Source of the DNA: Amoeboaphelidium occidentale
Taxonomy: Eukaryota
DNA length: 46,186 bases
Direction: 5' to 3'
NCBI GenBank assembly: GCA_023515795.1
Contig: JALGPX010000110.1
Span: 1 to 46,186 of the forward strand
Shown here: piece after piece, positions 1-11,017 of the stretch
Position numbering within the stretch: the stretch's first letter is position 1
Layout: every line of letters starts with the position of its first letter
Translations under genes and position numbers: made by a program
Notes under the pieces: model-generated
Databases searched by the model: none
What the model saw: the letters and a program-made list of their open reading frames with translations, nothing else
What the model was told of the DNA's origin: nothing

Positions 1-183
1 CGCGTAGAGGGCAAACATCAAAAGTTTAATACGTTTGAAGTGCTCAAAGTCTCGCCATTGAGTCAAGACATTGACAACTCATTGAGACAAAAACAACTTG
101 ATATCTACAGGGCTGATAAGCGTATACGTGAACGGGAAGGTATTGAGCCTGATAGGCGAGCTAGCAAACGATTGAGGAAATAG
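1..183 (+). CDS. Possible 3' end of a gene entering from the left edge (unknown product)
   Basis: Frame 1 is open from base 1 to TAG at 181-183 (RVEGKHQ...RRASKRLRK*), convergent with the next gene; no recognisable motif. Confidence 0.3.
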   Translation, partial: RVEGKHQKFNTFEVLKVSPLSQDIDNSLRQKQLDIYRADKRIREREGIEPDRRASKRLRK

Positions 184-246
184 ATGAATGGACCCAACGT
201 ACAATGAATGCTGATCAAGATAAAGAAATATCATAGGATTGATTCT

Positions 247-1390
247 TTATTCAAGAAGACTTTCAGGCGACTGAACGGGGGTTGTTTGAGTGGAGCACAA
301 ATAGCATTGAGTGACGATGAAGTGTACGAAACGATAAACGACCAGTATCTTTTCATCTCGAACCATCGGGATACCAAGAGCGAATTCATCCGAGGCCCAA
401 ACTTGGCCACCATTGTCAATGTAAATGAATTTCCAATTACTGGCATTTGAACAGATACCCCAAACATTACAATTTTGCTTCTTCGCATCTTTCCTTGTTC
501 TGAACAACGCAGCAGCCTCCGCGATACACTGCCATACATCATCTTCATCCCATGCTTTCTTAGCTTCAACTGCAATGATGTGAGATTCTTTAGGAGGCGA
601 AAAACTGTTGATATCTTCCCCGGCTGCATGTCCAATTGTGTAATCGTGTTTTCCTGAAAGCTTTCTCTTCTNNNNNNNNNNNCGCATCTTTCCTTGTTCT
701 GAACAACGCAGCGGCCTCCGCGATACACTGCCATACATCATCTTCATCCCATGCTTTCTTGGCTTCAACTGCAATGATGTGAGATTCTTTAGGTGGCGAA
801 AAACTGTTGATATCTTCCCCGGCTGCATGTCCAATTGTGTAATCGTGTTTTCCTGAAAGCTTTCTCTTCTTGTTCCCAGACACTGATTCAACAGTCATCG
901 ACAACTCACAAAAGATTCTCAATTTTCCAGCAAATTCCTCACGCGCCACAACATCTCGGAGTATAAGATCAATGAACGTTCTCCTACTAGCCTCGGAATT
1001 CATCGACCAGACTCGGCAGTTCTTGTCGTATTGATCTTTGAATCCTTCTGTTGGGAAGACTGATTCATCAAGTGCAACATCTTGCCAAAGTTTCCGAACC
1101 GTATTCACACCAGTAATGGACGCAATAACGCGATTATCCACGCCTCTAAATGTGTGTTCTTCTACATCAGGATTCAACTTTTGGGCAAAAGTGAGTCTTG
1201 AGCTCCATTCTTCTTCTTTCTTCTCCAACTTAGCCAATTGCGATTTAAGCAATGCTAGCCTTCGCTTCTCTCCTTTGCTAGGCCGTTCCTTCGAGTCGAG
1301 ATCAAGGATTTCCTTGTTGATTTCCTTGATTTCCGTCTCGACGGCCTCAAGTTTGGCAGCGCAGTATTGGAATTGCTGAGTTTGGTCCAT
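247..1390 (-). CDS. Coiled-coil plus PD-(D/E)XK restriction-endonuclease-fold protein (Crinkler REase / HsdR-N like); split by an assembly gap
   Basis: ATG at 1390 (MDQTQQ), coiled-coil N-terminus, then motifs NSEASRRTFIDLIL, GKHDYTIG, AVEAKK, WQCIAE, WGICSNASNWKF. Removing the 484-671/683-870 overlap gives one continuous ORF ending at TAA 247-249. Confidence 0.65.
484..870. repeat. ~188 bp near-identical duplication flanking N gap 672-682 (probable assembly overlap)
   Basis: 484-671 and 683-870 differ at only a few substitutions and abut the gap. Confidence 0.85.
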
Positions 1391-1409
1391 GATAAGAAAA
1401 CCGAAAAAG

Positions 1410-1782
1410 AAATTTCGACGCGTTATCCGGCCCGTTATCAAGTGACGTTTGTCTGGTAAACTCAATGGACTTTCACAACGATATTATTGCCGATTTGTTA
1501 ATCTTGGCTTCCGAACATTCACATTCATAATAACCGCTTGAACAGTCGCATCGCTCTTCTTCCCACGGAACCGAATCCTCATAGTGATACTCATANGAAA
1601 TTTCGACGCGTGATCCGGCCCGTTATCAAGTGACGTTTGTCTGGCAAACTCAATGGACTTTCACAACGATATTATTGCCGATTTGTTAATCTTGGCTTCC
1701 GAACATTCACATTCATAATAACCGCTTGAACAGTCGCATCGCTCTTCTTCCCACGGAACCGAATCCTCATAGTGATACTCAT
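1410..1782. repeat. ~185 bp duplication flanking N at 1596 (probable assembly overlap)
   Basis: gaaatttcgacgcg...gtgatactcata occurs on both sides of the single N. Confidence 0.85.
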
Positions 1783-2306
1783 ATTCATAATTCTGGTCAT
1801 ATTCCTCTTCGAATATTGTCGACGTTTCACTAAGAAACGCTTAACTTAGTTAACTGTAAACCTAGCAAGACCGAAATAAACGCACTTCGTTCACTTCGCG
1901 CTTAACTTTATTTGATCTACAGATCTACGTCAAATTACTCAGACACAACTCAGACCAAAACGGAAGTGTTTGTATTGAATCGACTAAACAGGAATTCGCG
2001 TTAATTCCAACACAAAGCACCTACAAGTCGTGTATTAATTCTGTCTAGTGAGGTTAGTGCAAGATTCTGAATCGCGCCTTTTATACTCGCGAGTTTTCAA
2101 GTTTCGTGGTTTCAAGAATCGCCGTTTCAAACAAGTTCATCACTGGCCTGGTTCAGCAGCTTCTGATGCTCTCTTTCACAAATTTCCGCTACGATATTCG
2201 ATGATCCAGCTATGTTACCACGTTGTCGAAAATACAACGTTGCATGATTCGATTACATGTAACAAGAAACCTGGTTCCTGTTAGAACCCAATTTTTCTGC
2301 ATAAAA

Positions 2307-3371
2307 ATGATGAATTGCAGTCCCTCATACAAGCTTTTAACTTTGCTCATCACCATCTTGGGTCTTGGCGCTGGCGTTGGTGCAGTTGTTCTCGACCGCT
2401 GTAATTTGCCAATGTTAGAGGTTGATTTGAAGTTCACTTTGCTGGATTTGGAATCTAGCAATAAATCGCATACATTGCAATTCGAACCCGCGATAGATGC
2501 ACTTATTGAAGGATATGGGACGTGGCAGTTCTCTGTATTCCAGAACGTAAACAACGGGAAAAAAAAGTTTGTTCGCGTAAGAATCAAGTGCGTGGAAAAC
2601 TGCCCTAGTGACGAGGGAAATACTCCCCCTCCCAGTGAACTCAGTTTATCATTGGTCCATCAGAGAAAGATTTTGAACAGCTATCATCCCACCTTAACAA
2701 GCGAGGATACTTGGAAAAGTTGGTCCACGAATATTCAAACGTATGGATTGAGCTACGACATGATGGAGGACAAGCCTTATGGTCAACCAGTTACATTATC
2801 AGTATCATTGAAGGTTCCAAGGCCGGTTGGTCATTGTGCTCGTCCAAACTCTGAAGTTTCGCGTTCAAAATATGCAGATTTATGTTCTAAGGCTATGAGC
2901 GGTGGAGAAGATGTTGTCACTCTACAATTTTACGGAAAGAATTACACGACGTTTCCATCTTTGCTAAAAGAGCATAGTCCTATGATAAAGGAACTTTTAG
3001 ATCTGCAAACTGAAACGGGCTCAAGGTTAAACCTGGATTTCAAAAGGTTCTCTGCTCGAGTTGGTGCAATGTTTCTTGAAGTAACTTGCAGCGGAGGAGT
3101 TTCTAAGGCAGACACTGAAAATCGCGCGCAATACATTTCAAACTTGATGAAACTCTATCAGTTGGGCCATTTTTATGGCATGGACAATATGATGACTGCA
3201 GCTATTAACGCTTTCTCGGATCTTTATCCTAAGCCGAATGGAGTTGAAGCGTATGACTTTATTCATTTGCTAAGGTCGATGCCATCAGCAATTGGGGATG
3301 ATTACGTCAACGAAAAGCTGAAGGTGACTTTGAAGTCGGAAGATGAAGAGGACAAGGATAATTCAGGCTGA
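2307..3371 (+). CDS. Protein with N-terminal signal-like segment and divergent C-terminal BTB/POZ domain
   Basis: Hydrophobic LLTLLITILGLGAGVGA after ATG 2307; BTB-like DVVTLQFYGKNY...LLKEHSPMIKELL...FLEVTCSG...LYQLGHFYGMDNM; middle region is beta-rich and MATH-like. Confidence 0.55.
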   Translation: MMNCSPSYKLLTLLITILGLGAGVGAVVLDRCNLPMLEVDLKFTLLDLESSNKSHTLQFEPAIDALIEGYGTWQFSVFQNVNNGKKKFVRVRIKCVENCPSDEGNTPPPSELSLSLVHQRKILNSYHPTLTSEDTWKSWSTNIQTYGLSYDMMEDKPYGQPVTLSVSLKVPRPVGHCARPNSEVSRSKYADLCSKAMSGGEDVVTLQFYGKNYTTFPSLLKEHSPMIKELLDLQTETGSRLNLDFKRFSARVGAMFLEVTCSGGVSKADTENRAQYISNLMKLYQLGHFYGMDNMMTAAINAFSDLYPKPNGVEAYDFIHLLRSMPSAIGDDYVNEKLKVTLKSEDEEDKDNSG

Positions 3372-3700
3372 AAGTAAAACCGCCGTTTTTGGAGTCGTTT
3401 TAATAAAAATTCTAAATCATATTCTGCAGGTAGTTTGGCGCTAAAGTCAACTCGTTTTTTTGTTCGCTATTGCAAGACTGAATATCAGTTAGCTCCTAAC
3501 TGAAAGCACGAAGCTGAACTGTTTCAATTGATCACTTATTCGCGCTCTAGAGAAGACAATACACTAAACAACAACTTCGGTAATGCTCAAACAATCGGCC
3601 TCGTGATTTTTCGATTTTCCAAAATCGCAATCAAGCATCGTTTGCATAGTTTTCTGCTTGCAATTCTTGTCTGTTTATTCTGAAGCAGCTCCTTTTGAAT

Positions 3701-5119
3701 ATGCGTGAGACAATGAATAATACTGCATCTATTGCTGCTGCTGGTGGGAGTGGTAATCTAAAGAGTGAATCTACAACAAAGCTCGCTGACGTTTCCGATG
3801 TTGATTCTGCTGGCACTGCTTCGCCGCCTAGACCAGGCCACGCTTTGGGATTGAAGACTCAAAAGATTACAAAACATGAGAAACCTCTGCGTCCATTCAA
3901 CCAGAAAGAAATCAAAATTCTGCTTTTGGAGAACATTAATGAATCTGCCATCGATGCTTTCGGCAAGCAAGGATATCAAGTAGAAACTCACTCCAAAGCA
4001 TTACCAGAAGATTTGTTAATTCAAAAGATTGAACATGTCCATGCGATCGGTATCAGAAGCAAGACTCAACTCACAGAGAAGGTCCTGAGACACGCAAAGA
4101 ATCTTTTGGTTATTGGCTGTTTCTGTATTGGCACAAATCAAGTTGACTTGGATTACGCTGCATCCCGTGGAATCGCTGTATTCAATTCTCCATTCTCCAA
4201 CAGTCGCAGTGTTGCTGAGATGACAATTGCGAATATTGTGAATTTGGCTCGTCAGATTGGTGATCGTTCTGCTGAAGTTCACAGAGGCTGTTGGGCTAAA
4301 GTCAGTAAAGGCTGTTACGAAGTTCGTGGGAAAAAACTGGGCATTGTTGGTTATGGTCATATTGGTTCCCAGTTGTCTGTTTTAGCAGAAGCAATGGGAA
4401 TGAATGTTGTTTTCTTTGATATTCTTCAGATCATGCCTATTGGAAGAGCACAGCCTATGGATTCTTTGAAGGATTTATTGAAGGAAGCTGACTTTGTTAC
4501 TTTGCATGTACCAGCTACTCCAGATACTCGTGATATGATTGGAAAGGAGGAGCTAGAAGTTATGAAGAAGGGCAGTTACTTGATTAATGCAAGTAGAGGA
4601 AATGTGGTTGTTATTCCTGCTCTAGTGGATGCATTGAAGGCTGGACACTTGGCTGGCTGTGCTATTGATGTTTACCCACAAGAACCTGCTTCAAATAGTG
4701 ATGGTTTCCAGTCACCACTGCAAGGTTGTCCAAACACTATTCTTACTCCACACATTGGAGGATCTACAGAAGAAGCACAATCTGCAATAGGAGTCGAAGT
4801 ATCAACTGCATTATCAAGGTATGTAAACACGGGCACAACTCTGGGAGCTGTCAACTTCCCAGAGAATGATTTAAGAGCATCTGTTCCGGAATCAAAGACT
4901 GCTAGAATCTGTAATATTCACCACAATGTTCCTGGTGTCTTGAAGGAAATCAATCGTTGTCTGGCCAACTTTAACATTGAAAAACAGATTTGTGACAGCA
5001 AAGGCAGCATTGCTTACATGATGGCAGACGTTAACACAGACAAGGAAGAAGACTTGAAGGAGATTTACAATTCTTTGAATGGATTGAAGGAAAATGTTTT
5101 AACAAGAATCTTGTATTGA
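3701..5119 (+). CDS. SER3: D-3-phosphoglycerate dehydrogenase (Ser3/Ser33 type, C-terminal ACT domain)
   Basis: IGIRSKTQLT, CFCIGTNQVDL, NSPFSNSRSVAE, GIVGYGHIGSQLSVLAE, LTPHIGGSTEEAQ, HHNVPGVL. Confidence 0.96.
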   Translation: MRETMNNTASIAAAGGSGNLKSESTTKLADVSDVDSAGTASPPRPGHALGLKTQKITKHEKPLRPFNQKEIKILLLENINESAIDAFGKQGYQVETHSKALPEDLLIQKIEHVHAIGIRSKTQLTEKVLRHAKNLLVIGCFCIGTNQVDLDYAASRGIAVFNSPFSNSRSVAEMTIANIVNLARQIGDRSAEVHRGCWAKVSKGCYEVRGKKLGIVGYGHIGSQLSVLAEAMGMNVVFFDILQIMPIGRAQPMDSLKDLLKEADFVTLHVPATPDTRDMIGKEELEVMKKGSYLINASRGNVVVIPALVDALKAGHLAGCAIDVYPQEPASNSDGFQSPLQGCPNTILTPHIGGSTEEAQSAIGVEVSTALSRYVNTGTTLGAVNFPENDLRASVPESKTARICNIHHNVPGVLKEINRCLANFNIEKQICDSKGSIAYMMADVNTDKEEDLKEIYNSLNGLKENVLTRILY

Positions 5120-5159
5120 AGAATATATAATAAAAAGGGGATGATGAAACTTTGTATAT

Positions 5160-5672
5160 TTAGGGCAAAGTCAGTTTTTCAATTATTCGCTTTGCTTGAG
5201 GATAATCATTCAACAATTTATCTCTGTCTCCCATTTCGAAATCCCTGAAATTGAATCCAGGCGCTACGACGCAACTCACAAGAGCGTATCCGTGCTGTCC
5301 AGGTTCCAAGTAACAACCAAACCATTTATAACCCTTTACAACGTGTTGTAACTTGCCGTCTTCAGATTGTCCCAATTTCAGTTCTTTAAATCCTTCTTCT
5401 TCATGGTTGTCCAGTACCACAACATTTACAGTATCTCCTTCATGATGGAACCATAATTCATCAGACTTTATGCGATGCAACTTTGACACGTCATCAGCTG
5501 GAACCAGAAACAGAATTGAAGTAACTGCAAAGTCATAATCATCATTACCTGTTTCCTTGTCAGTAACTCTAACCAAACAATCCGATTTGTACACCTCTCT
5601 GTAGTAACCACCTTCAGGGTGTGGCTGCAATCTGTGCTTCTCAATCAATTTCTCGATCGTTGCGCGAGTCAT
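5160..5672 (-). CDS. Cupin_5 (DUF985) family protein
   Basis: LQPHPEGGYYRE, SILFL, LHRIKSDELWFHHEG, LVSCVVAPGFNFRDFE. Confidence 0.93.
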   Translation of the reverse strand: MTRATIEKLIEKHRLQPHPEGGYYREVYKSDCLVRVTDKETGNDDYDFAVTSILFLVPADDVSKLHRIKSDELWFHHEGDTVNVVVLDNHEEEGFKELKLGQSEDGKLQHVVKGYKWFGCYLEPGQHGYALVSCVVAPGFNFRDFEMGDRDKLLNDYPQAKRIIEKLTLP

Positions 5673-5696
5673 GCTTAAAAAAAATTAATTGAATTT

Positions 5697-6686
5697 CTAT
5701 TTCATCAACAACCGCTGTTTCAGTCGTTCATTCTCCTCCCTCAGATTAAGATTATCTTCTTCCAATTTCCGGACATAATAATCTGATGCTTTCATCTTTT
5801 GGACTAAATCAGTAATGATCCTTGTTTGTTGTTCACACATTGACAGCACATTTTGTAAATCATCGGTAATAGCTCTACTAGCCGACACAGCTGCAGCCGC
5901 AGCAGCAGTCGTTGTAGCTGTTGTGCTACTGCCTCCACCTCCACCACCACCAGATGAATATGTACTCACTGGCAATGATATAGACTTGATTGCTGTATCT
6001 TTACGTTCTGGTCTAAGTGTAGGCGAAATAAGTAATAATTGCTGTTGCTGTTGATTAGATGATGCAACAGCAGTAGTACCAGTATTAGCTGCTGCACTTG
6101 TTGTTGCAGTGCTAGCAGTTGTATTTGTTGTAGTATTACTAGCATCTACACACCAGTTAGTTAGAAGCAACTCAAATTAAACTTACCATTGTCTGTCGGT
6201 GATGTTTGTTGTGACATGACTTCAAATCTGCCCCTTCGTGTAGCTGCTTCTGTGACTGTTGTACTATTACTACTCAATGGTGGAGCATTTCCCGTTGCTG
6301 CATTAGACGTTGTAGTTGTAGATGAATCCTTTGCATCTGCTGAAACTAAACTTTTTAATTTATCGACAAGACTTATTGCAGGCGACTGCATAGCCGAACC
6401 AGTTTGAATATGTTCTTCCAATAATGGTTGTTGTTGTTGTTGTTGTTGTTGTTGTGGTATATTTGCAGATGCTGGCGCTGAAGAAGAAGTTTCTCCTCCT
6501 CCTCCTCCGCCAGCACTCAATATACCTGCATTATTATTACCAACTACAAATCTTCCCTTACGAACTTCACTACTGGCTGTGACTGCAGCAGTATTCAACC
6601 CCAAACCAATAGCATCCTTCTGATTCTCCTTAACAATACTACCACTTCTACTCCGATCTTCAGAGTACGGACTGAATGCAGCAGCT

Positions 6687-6717
<31 letters not shown>

Positions 6718-6974
6718 AAGAAGAAGAAGGTGGCGGATGTTGATACTGCAAACCATGCTCATGCTCATCCTGCTGCTTCNCTCCTCCTCCTCCTCCGCCA
6801 GCACTCAATATACCTGCATTATTATTACCAACTACAAATCTTCCCTTACGAACTTCACTACTGGCTGTGACTGCAGCAGTATTCAACCCCAAACCAATAG
6901 CATCCTTCTGATTCTCCTTAACAATACTACCACTTCTACTCCGATCTTCAGAGTACGGACTGAATGCAGCAGCT

Positions 6975-7017
<43 letters not shown>

Positions 7018-8491
7018 AAGAAGAAGAAGGTGGCGGATGTTGATACTGCAAACCATGCTCATGCTCATCCTGCTGCTTCTCCTCACCTACAACCACAAAC
7101 CTACCCTTCTTCTTCCCCTGTTGAGATAAATCATCATTAGAAGATGACTTTGGACTTTCCAGCAGTAAATCATCATCATTAAATGTAGGAACACTACCCT
7201 CAACACCAAAATCCCATGAAGCAATCATATCTTTTGAATCATGAGCAGCTGTGGAGTCTTCTTCTTCTTCTTCGTCTTGTTGTTGTTGATGATGTTTATC
7301 TTTAAAAAAACTCTTTCCCATAATCTTCCGATCACCAACAATACCACCGCCACCACCACCACCACCACCTTCTTTATGATCCTTTTCTTTTTCTTTTACC
7401 AACAGTTGCTGAACCCTCTCCCTTACAGAAGGAACATGAACCAATACTTGCTCATACAAATAATTCTTCTTCTTTGCATTCTTAAACAGAGAATTCTGCA
7501 ACAATTTCTCAACTGTAGGCCTTTTGGATGGATCCTTTTGCAGACATGAATCAACTACATCTTTGAAATGCCTAGAAAACTTCTTATTTGTATTTGGATC
7601 ATTCTGAGCAAGAGTAGGAGGATCATTCTGTAGAGTCATCAGCAGCACCTTCATTGGCGGTAATCTAAAAAAAAACAATTAGTTACAAAGGATAGAATCT
7701 TATATACTTGCTAAAGGGAGCTTTGCCTTGTGTTAATTCTAAACATGTTATCCCAAATGACCATACATCTGCTTTTTGATCATACCCAATCTGCTGCACT
7801 ACTTCAGGAGCAATCCAACAAGGAGTACCAACAAATGTATTCCTCTTTAATTGCTTCTTTTCTACTGTTGTTGTTGTTGTTGCAGTTACATAATACTCTG
7901 AATCATAAAGTGAAGAAGATACTCCAAAATCAGCCAATAGAACTGTACCATCTCTCTCGACTAACAAATTCCCACTCTTTACATCTCTGTGTATATAAGA
8001 ATTCTTGTGTAGATACTCCAATCCAAGTAAACACTGTTTCAGTACACACAAACACACATTCTCATCAAATCCCTGACTGTACTGATACTTCATCAAATCC
8101 AACATACTTCCATACTGACAATAAGGAGTTACAATATAAAGGAAATTCATATAAACAAAAGAAGTATAAATCATTAGTAAATTTTCATGTTTAGAAAGAG
8201 TCATAATTAGTAATTCTCTTCTTAATTCCTCAATTTGGTTTCTTTGAAATTTCTCCAAGTCAATCTTCTTAATGGAAACTTCTTTAGGGTTACTGGAATT
8301 AGGGTTAGGGTTAGAATTATAAGTAGAAGTAGTAGAATGTTTAGTGTAGATTGCATAGTAAACTTTAGAAGAAGATCCTTAATATAAGTTTAAGTATTAG
8401 TATTAGTAGGAATTATTAATAGATTCTTACCGATTCCTATTTGTTCTTTAATTTCATAGTCATTCTGGTTTATAGAAAATTCCTCATTCAT
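5697..8491 (-). CDS. STE20-family Ser/Thr kinase (OSR1/SPAK/Fray-like), multi-exon, with low-complexity tail and C-terminal coiled coil
   Basis: Exon 1 8491-8431 (MNEEFSINQNDYEIKEQIGI), intron 8430-8378, then GSSSKVY..VSIKKIDLE, IHRDVKSGNLL, LADFGVS, TFVGTPCWIAPEV, PPMKVLLMTLQNDPPTL. Further short introns near 7670-7705 and 6150-6185. Confidence 0.88.
6493..7079. repeat. ~290 bp duplication flanking N at 6780, with a (TAG)n microsatellite length difference
   Basis: 6493-6779 is repeated at 6781-7079; the copies differ in the number of triplet units. Confidence 0.85.
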
Positions 8492-8654
8492 TCTTTTTTA
8501 TTAATAAGAGGAAGTTGTTATTGTTATTGTTGTTGTAAGTTTTTGTTTAATTAATTTTCCTGTTGTTCCTGTTGTCACTCTGAAGAAGAAAGAAACTACA
8601 ACAACAACAACAACAAGAAATTTTTCCCTCTTGTCTGTCTTCAAAAAGAAAAAC

Positions 8655-10937
8655 ATGATTGGACGCTTCCGTAGTTATCCATCTTCTACTATTCTATTAT
8701 TACTAAGTAGTAGTAGAAGTAGATGTAGAAGTAGAAATACTTTTAAAAAGTTTTACTCTACAGAAACCCCAAAAAAGAAACTTTTAAATGTCTTTGTGGA
8801 TAATAAAAGAGTCCAAGTCGAAGAAGGTTCTGCTCTGATTCAGGCTTGTGAATTGGCTGGTGTTGTTGTGCCTCGTTTCTGTTATCATGAAAGATTACAA
8901 GTTGCTGGTAATTGTAGAATGTGTTTGGTTGAAGTGGAGAAGGCACCCAAGCCAATTGCGTCATGTGCTTATCCAGTGCAGCAGGATGGGATGAAGGTTT
9001 ATACACAGACGCCTTTAGTCAAAAAAGCTAGGGAAGGTATTCTGTCTTTTCTACTATCGAATCATCCACTGGATTGTCCTGTTTGTGATCAGGGTGGAGA
9101 ATGTGATTTACAGGATCAGGTAATGTCTTATGGGTCAGATCGTGGTAGGTATAAAGAAGTGGAGGGTAAGCGTGCGGTTGAAGATAAGAATTTTGGGCCT
9201 TTGATTTCTACTTCTATGAACAGGTGCATTCATTGTACTCGTTGTGTTCGTTTTTCTAATGAGTTGGCTGGGTATGAGGGATTGGGGACAAGCGGAAGAG
9301 GTAATGATATGCAGATTGGAATGTATTTATCCAATTCTGCTGATGGTGGATTGAATTCTGAAGTTTCTGGTAATGTTGTTGATCTGTGTCCGGTTGGGGC
9401 CCTTACTTCTAAGCCATATGAATTCAAGGCAAGACCATGGGAATTGAAAAAGACTGAAAGTGTTGATGTTATGGATGCATTGGGGTCGAATATTCGTGTA
9501 GATTCTCGTGGGAATGAAGTTATGCGTGTGTTGCCTCGTTTGAATGAAGAAATTAATGAAGAATGGATATCTGATAAGACTAGGTATGCTTATGATGGGT
9601 TGAAGAGGCAGAGGTTGAGTGTATGTTTGGGCAGAAGTGGTAGCAATGGAGAATTGTCTCAGTTGACTTGGAAAAAGGCATTGGAATTATTTGCTCAAAA
9701 GTTGCAATCTGTTCCATCATCCCAGGGAAGTGGTTCAAAAATTAGTCTTGTTGCTGGAAAGTTTACAGATTTAGAGACTTTGGTTGCTGCTAAAGATTTG
9801 TTTTCCAGGTTGAATTGTCAGAGTTACTATGTTGATGGTAGAGATTACTCTTCTTTAGCTGATTATAGAAGTAACTATTTGTTGAATTCTGGTATTCCAG
9901 CTCCAGTTCAAGAAGGTGTTGATGCTTGTTTGTTAATTGGTACAAATCCAAGACATGAGGCTGCGATTTATAATATGCGCTTGAGACAAGGATACTTGAA
10001 TAATCGTATGGATATTGGTTTAATTGGAGAACATTGTCCTGTTAATTATGATTATGAGTATCTAGGAAAGGATTTGAGTAGTGGTATTGAGAAGTTGATT
10101 GCGGGTGGTAGTAGCGGCGGTTTGAAGTTTGCGAAGAAGTTCTTGGAAGCAAAGAAACCAATGGTTGTCATTGGAAGTGGTGTATTTGAGAGTGAAGGAG
10201 GAGATGCAACTGTTGCTTTATATCCATTGATGGAAAAGTTGATCAAGAAAGTTCCTAAATTAGTCACTGAAGAATGGAATGGTTTCAATGTTCTGCAGAG
10301 AAATGCATCACAAGTTGGTTGTATGGATGTTGGATTTGTTTGCGGTCCAAAAGCTGTGCCATTGAAGGATAGTAAAGTTGTAGTTCTGTTGGGATCTGAT
10401 GATTTCAATGAGAATGATATACCAAAGGATGCATTCGTTGTCTACATTGGACATCATGGTGAGAAGGGTGCTGATTTGGCTGATTTGATTCTTCCAGCTG
10501 CTGCATACACTGAGAAGTCTTCAACGTTTGTCAACACTGAAGGTCGTCCACAAATCACAAGAACAGCTGTAACGCCTCCATTCAGCGCAAAGGAAGACTG
10601 GAAAATCATTAGAGCTCTGAGTGAAGTGTTGGGCATGACGCTGCCTTATGATAATGTAGCAGAATTGAGGGAAAGAATCGCACAGATTTCTCCTTCCTTA
10701 GTACGATACGGTTCAATTGAGAAGTCTTCACTCACAAAACAAGGAATTCAATCAGTTGCAGCATTAGCAGCAAAGAAGGGAGGAAGCAAACCAGCATTAA
10801 AACTTCCTGTTACTGACTTCTATTTAACTGATGTCATTTCAAGATCATCAAAGACTATGGCTCAATGCTCTTCTGCATTCTCTAAAGGCATCGTTGAACA
10901 ATTAGAAAAGAGAAAGCAACAAGCTATTTCAGCTTAA
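8655..10937 (+). CDS. NDUFS1: NADH:ubiquinone oxidoreductase 75 kDa subunit (complex I), mitochondrial
   Basis: PRFCYHERLQVAGNCRMCLVE, NHPLDCPVCDQGGECDLQDQ, RCIHCTRCVRF, DLCPVGAL; Arg/Ser-rich presequence. Confidence 0.98.
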   Translation: MIGRFRSYPSSTILLLLSSSRSRCRSRNTFKKFYSTETPKKKLLNVFVDNKRVQVEEGSALIQACELAGVVVPRFCYHERLQVAGNCRMCLVEVEKAPKPIASCAYPVQQDGMKVYTQTPLVKKAREGILSFLLSNHPLDCPVCDQGGECDLQDQVMSYGSDRGRYKEVEGKRAVEDKNFGPLISTSMNRCIHCTRCVRFSNELAGYEGLGTSGRGNDMQIGMYLSNSADGGLNSEVSGNVVDLCPVGALTSKPYEFKARPWELKKTESVDVMDALGSNIRVDSRGNEVMRVLPRLNEEINEEWISDKTRYAYDGLKRQRLSVCLGRSGSNGELSQLTWKKALELFAQKLQSVPSSQGSGSKISLVAGKFTDLETLVAAKDLFSRLNCQSYYVDGRDYSSLADYRSNYLLNSGIPAPVQEGVDACLLIGTNPRHEAAIYNMRLRQGYLNNRMDIGLIGEHCPVNYDYEYLGKDLSSGIEKLIAGGSSGGLKFAKKFLEAKKPMVVIGSGVFESEGGDATVALYPLMEKLIKKVPKLVTEEWNGFNVLQRNASQVGCMDVGFVCGPKAVPLKDSKVVVLLGSDDFNENDIPKDAFVVYIGHHGEKGADLADLILPAAAYTEKSSTFVNTEGRPQITRTAVTPPFSAKEDWKIIRALSEVLGMTLPYDNVAELRERIAQISPSLVRYGSIEKSSLTKQGIQSVAALAAKKGGSKPALKLPVTDFYLTDVISRSSKTMAQCSSAFSKGIVEQLEKRKQQAISA

Positions 10938-11017
10938 GCGCGAAAGAATGTTCATGGTGGGATTCCTTGTGTGCCAAAGCAATAAATTGATGATACGAAC
11001 TCGTGTGTTTCTTTTGT

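Noticed and set aside
6686..7129. Poly-Ser/Arg/Leu ORFs on alternative frames
   Set aside because: Shadows of triplet microsatellites within the kinase gene.
8284..8314. TTAGGG telomere-like repeats
   Set aside because: Only 2-3 units, inside the kinase exon encoding SNPNPNS; not a telomere.
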